Below are positions 49,277-58,658 of a stretch of 64,000 nucleotides of DNA, one piece after another. Below the pieces are notes generated by a model, which saw only the letters and a program-made list of their open reading frames with translations, had not been told where the DNA came from and did not search any database. Made by a program: the position numbers and the translations under genes. The stretch comes from Bacillota bacterium (GTDB lineage Bacteria > Bacillota > Clostridia > Lachnospirales > Lachnospiraceae): contig JAEYOY010000038.1 of the NCBI GenBank assembly GCA_023411215.1, positions 1 to 64,000 on the forward strand. The letters are read 5' to 3'. Each line of letters begins with the position of its first letter. The stretch's first letter is position 1.

Positions 49277-49910
49277 CTTTGTTTAACTTCTGGGCTAAAT
49301 GATTGGACAGGATTGCCAAGGAGCTGGCCAGATTTTCATTTTTAACCAGTATCTGCTCCGACACCTGCAGGTGAACTGATGAAAAATTCCAGATCGCCTT
49401 GATACCACAGTCCACCAGCATATCACAAGCCTTTTGTGCCATCCGGGAGTCTACGGCGATGATACCGATTTTTATCTTCATTCTGGAACAGACACCTGGC
49501 AGTTTGCTAAGCGGCAGTATCTTATTCATATGATTATCGGTATTCTGTAGGTTCTCCTCCTCATCAAAGGCTGCTATGATATCCATTCCATAATCCAAGA
49601 ACCCCTCATAAGCCAGCAGAGCCTGCCCAAAGCTGCCTGTTCCAATCAATACGGCAGATTGCACATTGTCATAACCAAGGCAATGCTCCAGATCACGAAT
49701 TAATTCCTGTAGGACATATCCGACCTTCGGGCGTCCGCCACCGCTGACCTGCGCTAAATCCTTTCGGACCTGTACATCATTCAACCTTAATTCATGGGCT
49801 ATGGTTGTTGCCGAAATATTGGCTGCCCGCTCCTTAGGCAGGCTCTTAAGAAAGCACAGATACAAAGGCAAGCGCTTTATCATCTGTGTCGTCAAGGTCT
49901 TTGCCTCCAT
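49266..49910 (-). CDS. rex: redox-sensing transcriptional repressor Rex
   Basis: Winged-helix N-terminus (ISATTIAHELRLNDVQVRKDL) and Rossmann GxGxxG (VLIGTGSFGQAL). Confidence 0.85.
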   Translation of the reverse strand: MEAKTLTTQMIKRLPLYLCFLKSLPKERAANISATTIAHELRLNDVQVRKDLAQVSGGGRPKVGYVLQELIRDLEHCLGYDNVQSAVLIGTGSFGQALLAYEGFLDYGMDIIAAFDEEENLQNTDNHMNKILPLSKLPGVCSRMKIKIGIIAVDSRMAQKACDMLVDCGIKAIWNFSSVHLQVSEQILVKNENLASSLAILSNHLAQKLNKDVH

Positions 49911-49922
49911 GCTTCACTCTCC

Positions 49923-51311
49923 CTAACCGGATATAAATTCATCTATTGCAGTCGCTGCCGTCTTACCTGCACCCATCGCTAATATTACTGTAGCTGCTCC
50001 GGTTACAGCATCTCCACCGGCATACACGCCTGTTCTCGAGGTAAGACCCGTTGCTTCTTCAACCACGATGCCTCCCCACTTATAAGTCTCAAGCCCGCTT
50101 GTTGTCGCTTTGATTAATGGATTTGGTGAGGTTCCGATTGCCATGATGACACAATCTGTCTCCAGCTCAAACTCACTATCCGGCACCGGGATCGGCTTCT
50201 GTCTTCCCGAGGCATCCGGTTCTCCCAATTCCATCTGCTGACACAGGACACCTTTCACCCAATTCTTTTCTTTCTCTTTAATAGCAAGTGGATTGGTCAG
50301 GAACAGAAATTGTATCCCTTCCTCTTTGGCATGCTCGACCTCTTCCAAACGGGCAGGTAATTCCTTCTCGGTACGACGATATATAATCGTCACCTCCGCT
50401 CCGAGACGCTTTGCACAACGGGCCGCATCCATAGCAACATTCCCGCCGCCTACGACTGCTACTCGGTTCCCCTTCTGAATGGGCGTCATCGCACCATTCT
50501 CATAAGCTTTCATTAGGTTGATTCTTGTTAGGAATTCATTAGCAGAATATACCCCTTTTAGATTCTCTCCTGCTATATTCATAAAATTCGGGAGACCGGC
50601 TCCTGAACCGATGAATACTGCTTCATAACCGTAATCCTGTATCAATTCATCAATGGATACGGTTTTTCCGATTACCATATTCGTTTTTATCTCTACCCCT
50701 AATTCTTTCAGGGTGGTGATCTCTTTATTAACGATATCCTTTGGGAGTCTGAATTCAGGAATACCGTAGACAAGCACGCCACCAGCCAAGTGCAAGGCTT
50801 CAAAAACTGTGACTTCATAACCTTTCTTCGCCAGGTCTCCGGCGCAGGCCAGTCCAGACGGACCGGATCCGATTACAGCCACCTTATGTCCGTTGCCCTG
50901 GGGCTGTACTGCCTTACCTGTGCTATTAGCGTTATGATAGTCTGCTACAAAACGCTCCAATCGTCCAATTGCCACAGCTTCCCCTTTCATACCTCTGACA
51001 CATTTTGACTCACATTGTGATTCCTGAGGACATACTCTTCCGCAGACAGCCGGAAGGGAGCTTGCCTTGGCAATCACTTGAAATGCTTCCTCAAAGTTAC
51101 CCTTTGCTACCTCCTGTACAAATACAGGTATGTCGATCTGGACAGGACATCCGGATACGCATTGCTTGTTCTTACAATTCAAACAGCGCCTGGCTTCATC
51201 CATCGCCTGCTCCATACTATAGCCCAGTGCTACCTCAAGGAAATTACTATTTCTGATTCCTGCCTCGCGGACTGGCATTTCATTTTTTATTAAAGACATG
51301 TTTGCTGCCAT
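49923..51311 (-). CDS. nfnB: NfnB/GltD-family NADPH-dependent oxidoreductase (glutamate synthase small-chain-like)
   Basis: N-terminal 2x[4Fe-4S] Cys clusters (CLNCKNKQCVSGCP; CGRVCPQESQCESKC). FAD and NADPH GxGxxG motifs (VAVIGSGPSGLA; VAVVGGGNVAMD). Confidence 0.8.
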   Translation of the reverse strand: MAANMSLIKNEMPVREAGIRNSNFLEVALGYSMEQAMDEARRCLNCKNKQCVSGCPVQIDIPVFVQEVAKGNFEEAFQVIAKASSLPAVCGRVCPQESQCESKCVRGMKGEAVAIGRLERFVADYHNANSTGKAVQPQGNGHKVAVIGSGPSGLACAGDLAKKGYEVTVFEALHLAGGVLVYGIPEFRLPKDIVNKEITTLKELGVEIKTNMVIGKTVSIDELIQDYGYEAVFIGSGAGLPNFMNIAGENLKGVYSANEFLTRINLMKAYENGAMTPIQKGNRVAVVGGGNVAMDAARCAKRLGAEVTIIYRRTEKELPARLEEVEHAKEEGIQFLFLTNPLAIKEKEKNWVKGVLCQQMELGEPDASGRQKPIPVPDSEFELETDCVIMAIGTSPNPLIKATTSGLETYKWGGIVVEEATGLTSRTGVYAGGDAVTGAATVILAMGAGKTAATAIDEFISG

Positions 51312-51312
51312 A

Positions 51313-52155
51313 CTATAATACCTCTGCTTTCAGGAGATTACAGGTTGTCTCATGAATCTTACGTTCAAATTCCAGGTACATGGAAGATCTGGCGATCGCT
51401 TCATCAAAATCAATTTCATGCCCGTCAAATTCAGGTCCATCCACACAGGCGAATTTGGTTCTGCCACCAACGGTCAGACGACAACCGCCACACATTCCGG
51501 TTCCGTCAATCATAACCGGATTCATACTCGCAACCGTCTTAATGTTGTATTCCTTGGTCAGCCTACTGACGAACTTCATCATGACAAGCGGTCCTATGGT
51601 TACAACCTCATCGTATTGTTCACCATGATCAATCAGCTTCTTCAGAGCATCGGTTACAAGCCCCTGTTCTCCACAGCTACCATCATCGGTCATCACGATA
51701 AATCGACTGCTGTTCTTCCTGAATTCTTCCTCTAAAATCACTAGCTCCTTGGAACGAAAGCCTACGATTGCGTGAACTTCAGTTCCCTGCTCGTGGAACT
51801 TTTTCACCACCGGATAAGCGATCGCGCATCCGACACCACCACCGACAACCGCTACCTTCCGCTTCCCCTCTGTCTCTGTAGAGCGACCGAGAGGACCGAC
51901 AAAATCCTTAAGATAATCGCCTTCCTTCATATAATTAAGTTGCTCTGTCGTAGCACCGACAATCTGAAAAATAATTGTGACAGTTCCTCTATTCCGGTCA
52001 AAATCCGCAATTGTCAACGGCATTCTCTCCCCATTTTCATCGGTTCTCAGAATGATAAACTGTCCCGGCTCAGCCTTTCTTGCTACCATGGGCGCATCAA
52101 TTTCCATCAAGGTGACCGTGGGATTTAGTATTTGTTTTCTAACAATTTGGTACAT
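51313..52155 (-). CDS. nfnA: NfnA/SudB-like FAD/NAD-binding, 2Fe-2S subunit
   Basis: Ferredoxin-NADP reductase-like fold with C-terminal Cys cluster (CGGCRLTVGGRTKFACVDGPEF). The start is set at the internal MYQIVRK rather than the ORF-track Met. Confidence 0.7.
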   Translation of the reverse strand: MYQIVRKQILNPTVTLMEIDAPMVARKAEPGQFIILRTDENGERMPLTIADFDRNRGTVTIIFQIVGATTEQLNYMKEGDYLKDFVGPLGRSTETEGKRKVAVVGGGVGCAIAYPVVKKFHEQGTEVHAIVGFRSKELVILEEEFRKNSSRFIVMTDDGSCGEQGLVTDALKKLIDHGEQYDEVVTIGPLVMMKFVSRLTKEYNIKTVASMNPVMIDGTGMCGGCRLTVGGRTKFACVDGPEFDGHEIDFDEAIARSSMYLEFERKIHETTCNLLKAEVL

Positions 52156-52664
52156 ATCAGCCTCCTGGTTCTTTACACTTTCTTTTTTATATAAATCATA
52201 ACCCCCTGTATCTAAGCAGCTACAGTGATCGATATCGGCTAATCTCAATACAAGATGAATTGATAAATCAATTCGCTTATATTGAATAAAAGGCTGCGGC
52301 CATTGACGACAGCAGCCTTATTCATGACAATAGATCGTTCGCAAGGCGTGCTTTCTATTGTATTGTGAATGAAAACCTGAGGCAAACAAGTCCTCATTCC
52401 TATATTCTAAATCGATAACTTAGCTTGCGTGGCGACACAATTTTCAGTTAAGGATTAGAAAGCAACTTCAGTATCGTAACAACAATACCGTAATTTTCTT
52501 TCCCTCAGGGGTAATAGATCCGGGATAGGATCCAGTACATGCATAGCCGACTGCAACTCAGAAACCTTCCACTGAGGACTCTATGATGTCTGTTGTTTCG
52601 TTGTCGTTCTGCGGTTTCATGAATTGTCTATATTTTAACAATCTATATCGCTAATGTGAAATGC

Positions 52665-52706
52665 AAAATGCGTATATCGATATTCCATTATCGATATACG
52701 CATTTT
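52665..52706. promoter_or_regulatory. 42-bp palindromic operator-like site
   Basis: aaaatgcgtatatcgatattccattatcgatatacgcatttt. Shares the core TCGATATTCCATTATCGATA with a second site at 52879-52911. Confidence 0.4.
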
Positions 52707-52878
52707 AATCTTGATTTCCAATTATAAGTAAAAGCTTTATTATGTAAATAAGAGGTTCAACCGTTTGTACCTCGGTCTTTGGCTAATTCCGTCTATGTTC
52801 GTCTCCTTGATACAAAAATAATCAGACAATCCAAAGCTCAAAGCAAAATTCCAAGTCTTGCCATGTTTTTATCCCTCC

Positions 52879-52911
52879 CGATATATCGATATTCCATTAT
52901 CGATATATCGG
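52879..52911. promoter_or_regulatory. 33-bp palindromic operator-like site (second copy)
   Basis: ccgatatatcgatattccattatcgatatatcgg, 28 bp from the LysR stop and in the upstream region of nfnA. Confidence 0.4.
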
Positions 52912-52939
52912 TATTCTTTCCTATCCATCTCATATCCTT

Positions 52940-53875
52940 CTATTGATATTCCCGAAAGGACACCTCATTCTTTGCTTCCGATAATCGGTCAATAAATTGC
53001 CTGTCCAATTCGGTTAGTTTATAATTCTTAGGATAGACTAATACATCTTTATATCTGTGCCCGTTCACTTTACATGTGCGCTGCACCAGATGATAACGCT
53101 GCAACCACTTCTCCGGAATTGGTGACACCCACATATACGTTGTTGGTATCTCAGACAGCAAATCATATTGGCTGCACCGGTCATATACATAGATGCGCTT
53201 GGAGGTAAGGGAAGAAACTTCTGCCTTCAGACTATTCTGAAGTATATAAGGAATTGAAGTATCACCGTGAGTAACCTGGGTATATTTACTTAGCTCCTGT
53301 TCATTCACATCTTCGCGAAAAGCCATTGGATGCTTCTCAGACATAAGTGCCAGATACTCGAATTCCCAGACTGTTTCATACCGAAGCTGCTTTTCATTCA
53401 GATAATCCACAAAATAATTCTCATAATCTGTCTGATACCTTATAATACCGAGATTAAAGGGTCCGTCAATAATATTATTTATTACCTGAATCGAGTTGGT
53501 CTCCTGTACATTTGCATGAATTCCTTTATTCGTATCTAGCTCTGACAGGAAATTGGTAATCGCATCTGCAATATAGCTCCCCCTTGGAATCGATATATTA
53601 AAGTTCTGAATATCCGCATCCGCTTTATCCGACAATGCTTCCATCTTATCAAGCTGACTCAGGACATTTCTGGCATAGGATAAGAACTTGATTCCCTTCT
53701 GCGTCGGTTTTACTCCCTTGGAGGTACGCTCAAAAATAGTAAATTCAAGAGAATCCTCCAATTCCTTAATGGCCTTACTTAGACTCGGCTGTCCCATATA
53801 TAGATTTTCCGCCGCTTGAGAGATAGAGCTTGTCCTCTCGACTTCAATTACATATTTCAAATGCTGTGTATTCAT
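52940..53875 (-). CDS. LysR-family transcriptional regulator
   Basis: N-terminal HTH (MNTQHLKYVIEVERTSSISQAAENLYMGQPSLSKAIKELE) and LysR substrate-binding domain. Confidence 0.85.
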   Translation of the reverse strand: MNTQHLKYVIEVERTSSISQAAENLYMGQPSLSKAIKELEDSLEFTIFERTSKGVKPTQKGIKFLSYARNVLSQLDKMEALSDKADADIQNFNISIPRGSYIADAITNFLSELDTNKGIHANVQETNSIQVINNIIDGPFNLGIIRYQTDYENYFVDYLNEKQLRYETVWEFEYLALMSEKHPMAFREDVNEQELSKYTQVTHGDTSIPYILQNSLKAEVSSLTSKRIYVYDRCSQYDLLSEIPTTYMWVSPIPEKWLQRYHLVQRTCKVNGHRYKDVLVYPKNYKLTELDRQFIDRLSEAKNEVSFREYQ

Positions 53876-54008
53876 CCTGACACCTAACTTTCTATAATAT
53901 AACACGAACAATCATGATACCGTTTTATGTATCATCCATTCTGCCGCAAACCCGCGAATTTAGGCAGCAGCACAAATTTGCTGATTGAAAAATCTAAGAT
54001 TTTTCAAT

Positions 54009-54662
54009 CTAGTCTACCGATTTCAGGGCTCGCTTCAGATGATTGGATAAAACAGCAAGGGAAGCGGCCAGATTTTCATTTTGCACAAGAATGTGGTCAG
54101 GTACAGACAAATGAATCGGTGCGAAATTCCAGATTGCAAGCACCCCTCCGGCAACCAGCTGGTCGCATACGGTCTGTGCTTGGGATGCCGGCACGGTAAT
54201 AATTCCGATATGAATCTTCATACGCCGACATAGATTACTGATTTTATCAGTCGGTAATACTTTGATCCCGTTAATCTCTGTATTAATTAGCTCCGTCTTT
54301 ACATCAAAGGCTGCAATAATCTTCAGACCGTAATTCTGAAAATCAACATGAGCCATTATGGCACGTGCAAGTGAACCAGCGCCGACGATTACCGCATCTT
54401 CGGCATTGTTATAGCCTAGCAAATCTTCCATCGCAGCCAATAATTCCTCTACGATAAAGCCTGTCTTCGGTTTGCCTTTGGTTACATAAACAGATGCAAA
54501 ATCCTTTCGGACCTGTACTTCATTGAGCTTCAAGAATTCTGCAACCTTAGGAGCTGATATTGTCTCGACCCCTTGCTCCTTTAATATCCGAAGCTGCTGG
54601 ATATAATAGGGCATTCTGTATAACGCCTGTGTTGTTACCGCTCCCTTACCCTTTTCTGTCAT
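54009..54662 (-). CDS. Rex-family redox-sensing repressor (second paralogue)
   Basis: Same architecture as the Rex at 49266..49910 (FLKLNEVQVRKDF; VIVGAGSLARAI; NENLAASLAVLSNHL). Confidence 0.8.
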   Translation of the reverse strand: MTEKGKGAVTTQALYRMPYYIQQLRILKEQGVETISAPKVAEFLKLNEVQVRKDFASVYVTKGKPKTGFIVEELLAAMEDLLGYNNAEDAVIVGAGSLARAIMAHVDFQNYGLKIIAAFDVKTELINTEINGIKVLPTDKISNLCRRMKIHIGIITVPASQAQTVCDQLVAGGVLAIWNFAPIHLSVPDHILVQNENLAASLAVLSNHLKRALKSVD

Positions 54663-55055
54663 TTCCCTTCCTCCGCTAAATCAGTATTATATTATCGATA
54701 TTATAATGCTGATTTATCAATACGTCAATCACGAAGAATTCGGGGGCAGTTACATAATGATCTGTACTTCGGAAGAAAGATGATTAAGCTCCCTTCCTAT
54801 AGTATAGGAATTTTACAACAGCTCCATCGTATATTTCGCGACGATATCACTTTATTGGTCATATTTGCAGACAAATTGTTCCTCCTATTCATCGTTTTAT
54901 TAATATTTATTGTTAATTTTTTATTAATAATATAATTGTCATTTTACTCTTGCATTTTTCTTTTTATTGTGTAATAATAAACCTATAATAAATTTTACAC
55001 AATATAATTGTTATAAACCTAATACAAATTAATATACGTAAAGGAGTGCATATAT

Positions 55056-55682
55056 ATGTTTAAACAGATCGAACTAAATTATAATTTCAACGCATTGGAG
55101 CCTTATATTGATGAACTTACCATGGTAACCCACTATACTAAGCACCATGCTGCTTATACCAGTAATCTGAATGCAGCGCTGGAAAAAGTAACTGAGCTAA
55201 CCTATTCTTCGATCGAAGACCTATTCAAAAACCTCGACCGCATATCCGACGAAGCATCGCGGGCAGCAATAAGAAATAACGGTGGTGGTTATTATAACCA
55301 TAACCTGTATTTTGCCACACTGCAGCCCGGCGGCAGTAAGGAACCTAAGGGTGAACTGGCAAATCAGATCTCGAAGGATTTTGGTGACTACAATAGCCTA
55401 AAGGATAAACTGGCAAGCGCCGGAGCAACCCGCTTCGGTTCCGGTTGGGCTTGGTTATCAGCAAATAAGAAGGGTGAGCTCAAGGTATCCTCAAGTCCAA
55501 ATCAGGATAATCCGTTAATGGATAGTCAGGAAGATTGGGTTCCCATCCTAGGTATCGACGTGTGGGAACATGCTTATTATCTGAAGTACAGGAACCTCCG
55601 CGCCGACTATATCAAAGCCTTCTTTGAATTAGTTAACTGGGATGTCGTTGCTGATCATTATGCCAAAGTAAAAGAGGCGTAG
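55056..55682 (+). CDS. sodA: superoxide dismutase [Mn/Fe]
   Basis: Metal-ligand His (HYTKHH), DVWEHAYY motif, ~200 aa. Confidence 0.9.
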   Translation: MFKQIELNYNFNALEPYIDELTMVTHYTKHHAAYTSNLNAALEKVTELTYSSIEDLFKNLDRISDEASRAAIRNNGGGYYNHNLYFATLQPGGSKEPKGELANQISKDFGDYNSLKDKLASAGATRFGSGWAWLSANKKGELKVSSSPNQDNPLMDSQEDWVPILGIDVWEHAYYLKYRNLRADYIKAFFELVNWDVVADHYAKVKEA

Positions 55683-55820
55683 GTCGTTTCATTAATCAGA
55701 ACTGAAGCTAAAGGAGCTTTCCTCCGTATTCAGCATAGCAAAAGAGGCAATGTAAAACCGGTATCCGGCTTTGCATTGCCTCTGATTTCTTAAATAAATA
55801 GTAAGTCTCCTCTAGAGGAT

Positions 55821-56024
55821 TTATTGTTCTATTATACTGTACTCTAGATACTCATATCGCAGATGAGTACCTTCTATGATCTGCGGCGGCAGAATTGCCC
55901 TTGCCACCAGCTTAGGTTCATCATCCGGCTGGTCTACCCTAACAAGATGAGCATAATCCCCGTCAATCTTTCCTACTATATATTCAAATGCTTCCATGCT
56001 ATCACCCCTTGTCTGTGATGTCAT
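55821..56024 (-). CDS. small DUF3006-like protein
   Basis: Internal EYIVGKIDGDYAHLVRVD resembles DUF3006 (I.DRfEGdyAVle). The stop is translationally coupled to the start of the kinase gene. Confidence 0.35.
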   Translation of the reverse strand: MTSQTRGDSMEAFEYIVGKIDGDYAHLVRVDQPDDEPKLVARAILPPQIIEGTHLRYEYLEYSIIEQ

Positions 56025-58381
56025 TCAATGAGCACTTCGAAGGGTACCTCACCCAGCTGCTCTTTGATTATTTTTTGTTGCTCCTGATTACAATATACTG
56101 TCTTCAAAGTCTTAACCCCAAGAAGCGGGGTATAATCGGAGCATTTAGAATCCCGCAGGTGAATCTGCTCTAAGCAGGTTAACTTCTCGATTCCGGTAAG
56201 GTCAAGTACTTGACAGTACACAAGATAAAGCTGGGTAAGCTTCGGATTCGACAGGTCTCCCAGATTGCTGTTATTCCACATACCGCATAAATCAAGTAAA
56301 TATAAGGATTTTAGCGTTGATAATTTCGATAGATCAATCCGATCGCTACCGAAAATCTTTAATATCTTAAGATTGGTCAACTTGCTCACTCGGTCAATCG
56401 CCCGATCGGTAATGGCATTATTGACTCCGGTCAGGATCAGATTATCTAAGGTAGCAATCTCGTCTAAACCGATGCAGTCACCCATCTTACACTCAAATAA
56501 GGATAAAAAGTATAGCTTCAGCTCTTTTATCTCATATAGGCTGGTGACCTTGGTAGCACCCAGATCAAGCCCCCACAGATACGGCAGCTCCCTCAGATGC
56601 TTAAGCTCGTCATTCATGATCGGATTACCTGACAGATCAATATAATTCAAGCTCTTAATAGAAGTAAGATGTGTCAGTTCACTGATATTGTTGCTTCCAA
56701 GTCCAAGATAAGATAAGTAATGCAAATCCTTCAACGGAGCAAGATCACTAATCTTTTGGTTATATAAAGCCAGCATCTCCAGATTCACCATATGGGAGAT
56801 GTCCTCAAGACTTGTAACCTCACCGTTAACGGTAAATAATTGAGTATCTGTATATTGTGAGCCAATCATATATTGATTGACACCATAGACAAAATGCTCC
56901 TCCCAACGGTTATAACGCTGTTTACCACAGATAAACAAGGAGGTAATCTGCTCCAAGTCACCATAGGTTACCTTATCCTTATCAGACTTGTCAAGTATCT
57001 CCCGTACTGCCGCTTCAATCAAGGGGGACTGAAAGTCATACTCTATCTCATTATTCTTGGCAAGTGCAGGAGTCACCGCTCGCTCCGTTATCTGATCGGA
57101 ATTCTCCTGTTCCATCGATATTTCCTGAACTTCCTCGCCTGCTTGTTGTGCGATTCTTTTATTCTTAGTCTGGGCATCCTTTTTTTCTTTTGCAGAGAGC
57201 TCTTCCTTGGAAGCCTCTTCTTCGAATGGTATCGACCTTTGCTTCTCGTCTACTTCAAAAGCCAGACCCGAAATATCTACTACTGTCGATTCCGTGGGAT
57301 TGACAGTAGCGTGTACCGTCATATCCTTCTCTTCTCCTCCGCCTGCAGCGGACTCTGCTGTTTCCGGCAAAGAGAGTTCTGGTGTAATATCTCTCGGCTT
57401 CTCTGTTAAAACCGTGCTGCTTAGGCTGGGATCAATACTTGATGTTATCACTGCCTTATCCTCATATGCAATGGACTGCTTCGAAGCGAGGTTGAATAAA
57501 CCAAGTGTCAGAACTAAGGAGGCAATTAAGATGATCCCTGCATAGAAAAATCTACGCTTTCTATATAGATATGGATAACTGTTCAATTTATTTTTTAAGA
57601 GCTTAACGGACGAATAGCGATCTTTCGGCGAAAATCCGGTACACTTAATAATAATTCTTCGTATATCTCCCGATATCGGATATTGCTTTAAATCACGGAT
57701 ATCCAGATTACCGGTCGCCATATAGAACATCAGAACACCAATGGAGTAGATATCACTTCGTTCATTCGTCTGAGCAAATCCATACTGTTCCGGCGGTGCC
57801 GAAAATTGTGTTCCCATTACAAAGGTATCCGAATCAAGCTTCCCCTGATATCTTCTTGAGATCCCAAAGTCAATGAGTTTGCATTCCTTTTGCTTTGTTA
57901 CAATAATATTATCCGGTTTGATATCCCGGTGAATAATGGGTGGTTTCTGCGAGTGAAGATATTCCAGAATATCACACAGCCGGAGTGTAATCAGCAGCAG
58001 CTCCTCGTGCTGAAGATGGCCTTCTTCTGTCATCTCAACCAACTCAGTGACAGTATAGCCCTCCACATACTCACGTATCAAATAATTGTATTCTCCTCCT
58101 TCAATATACTCGACTGCAGCAACAATACCGGGATGGGACAACTCCCTCGACAACCGGAATTCCTCCTTCAGACTCTCGTGGCAATGACTGGAGAGTGCTT
58201 TCAATATGTACTTCTTCCAATTTGTTTTTGAGGTCACTAAATAGACCTGTTTATCTTCGCTCATCTTTAAACAGGCTTTTATCTCATAGCGATTCGTAAT
58301 GTCTTCTAAAATGTCATGACCCATCCAGTCACTATTGTTGTATTCCATAAAGAAATCCAATACTTTGCCCATAGATCTCAT
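56021..58381 (-). CDS. receptor-like Ser/Thr protein kinase with extracellular leucine-rich-repeat domain
   Basis: Hanks kinase motifs (HRDIKPDNIIV, DFGISR, APE-like SAPPEQ). One TM helix (FFYAGIILIASLVLTLGLF). The C-terminal ~330 aa have LxxLxLxxN repeats (LSYLGLGSNNISELTHLTSIKSLNYIDLSGNPI...). Confidence 0.8.
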   Translation of the reverse strand: MRSMGKVLDFFMEYNNSDWMGHDILEDITNRYEIKACLKMSEDKQVYLVTSKTNWKKYILKALSSHCHESLKEEFRLSRELSHPGIVAAVEYIEGGEYNYLIREYVEGYTVTELVEMTEEGHLQHEELLLITLRLCDILEYLHSQKPPIIHRDIKPDNIIVTKQKECKLIDFGISRRYQGKLDSDTFVMGTQFSAPPEQYGFAQTNERSDIYSIGVLMFYMATGNLDIRDLKQYPISGDIRRIIIKCTGFSPKDRYSSVKLLKNKLNSYPYLYRKRRFFYAGIILIASLVLTLGLFNLASKQSIAYEDKAVITSSIDPSLSSTVLTEKPRDITPELSLPETAESAAGGGEEKDMTVHATVNPTESTVVDISGLAFEVDEKQRSIPFEEEASKEELSAKEKKDAQTKNKRIAQQAGEEVQEISMEQENSDQITERAVTPALAKNNEIEYDFQSPLIEAAVREILDKSDKDKVTYGDLEQITSLFICGKQRYNRWEEHFVYGVNQYMIGSQYTDTQLFTVNGEVTSLEDISHMVNLEMLALYNQKISDLAPLKDLHYLSYLGLGSNNISELTHLTSIKSLNYIDLSGNPIMNDELKHLRELPYLWGLDLGATKVTSLYEIKELKLYFLSLFECKMGDCIGLDEIATLDNLILTGVNNAITDRAIDRVSKLTNLKILKIFGSDRIDLSKLSTLKSLYLLDLCGMWNNSNLGDLSNPKLTQLYLVYCQVLDLTGIEKLTCLEQIHLRDSKCSDYTPLLGVKTLKTVYCNQEQQKIIKEQLGEVPFEVLIE

Positions 58382-58658
58382 CCTCTGTTCGGGTTAAGGT
58401 GTCAAAAGATAATTTTTACATTTTAATCCTTGTAAAATTAAGTTAATATCTTAACATTATTATAAATTGACAAAAAAAGTATAGCAACAAAATACTTTAA
58501 GTAATTTGTGCTATACTTTATTATTATCTTAATTTAGGTCTAATGCACTACCTGTTTGTAAGTATAATTACTAATCTATTCCAGAAGTTACTGCTACAGA
58601 GCAGTAACTCCTGGCCCCCGAATAAGAAAGACTGCTAATTGTTGTTATTTCAAAATTA

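Noticed and set aside
52249-52939. Rex operator (TTGTGAA-N4-TTCACAA) upstream of nfnA
   Set aside because: Only a half-site-like TGTGAAATG at ~52655 was seen. No full palindrome matches the Rex consensus.
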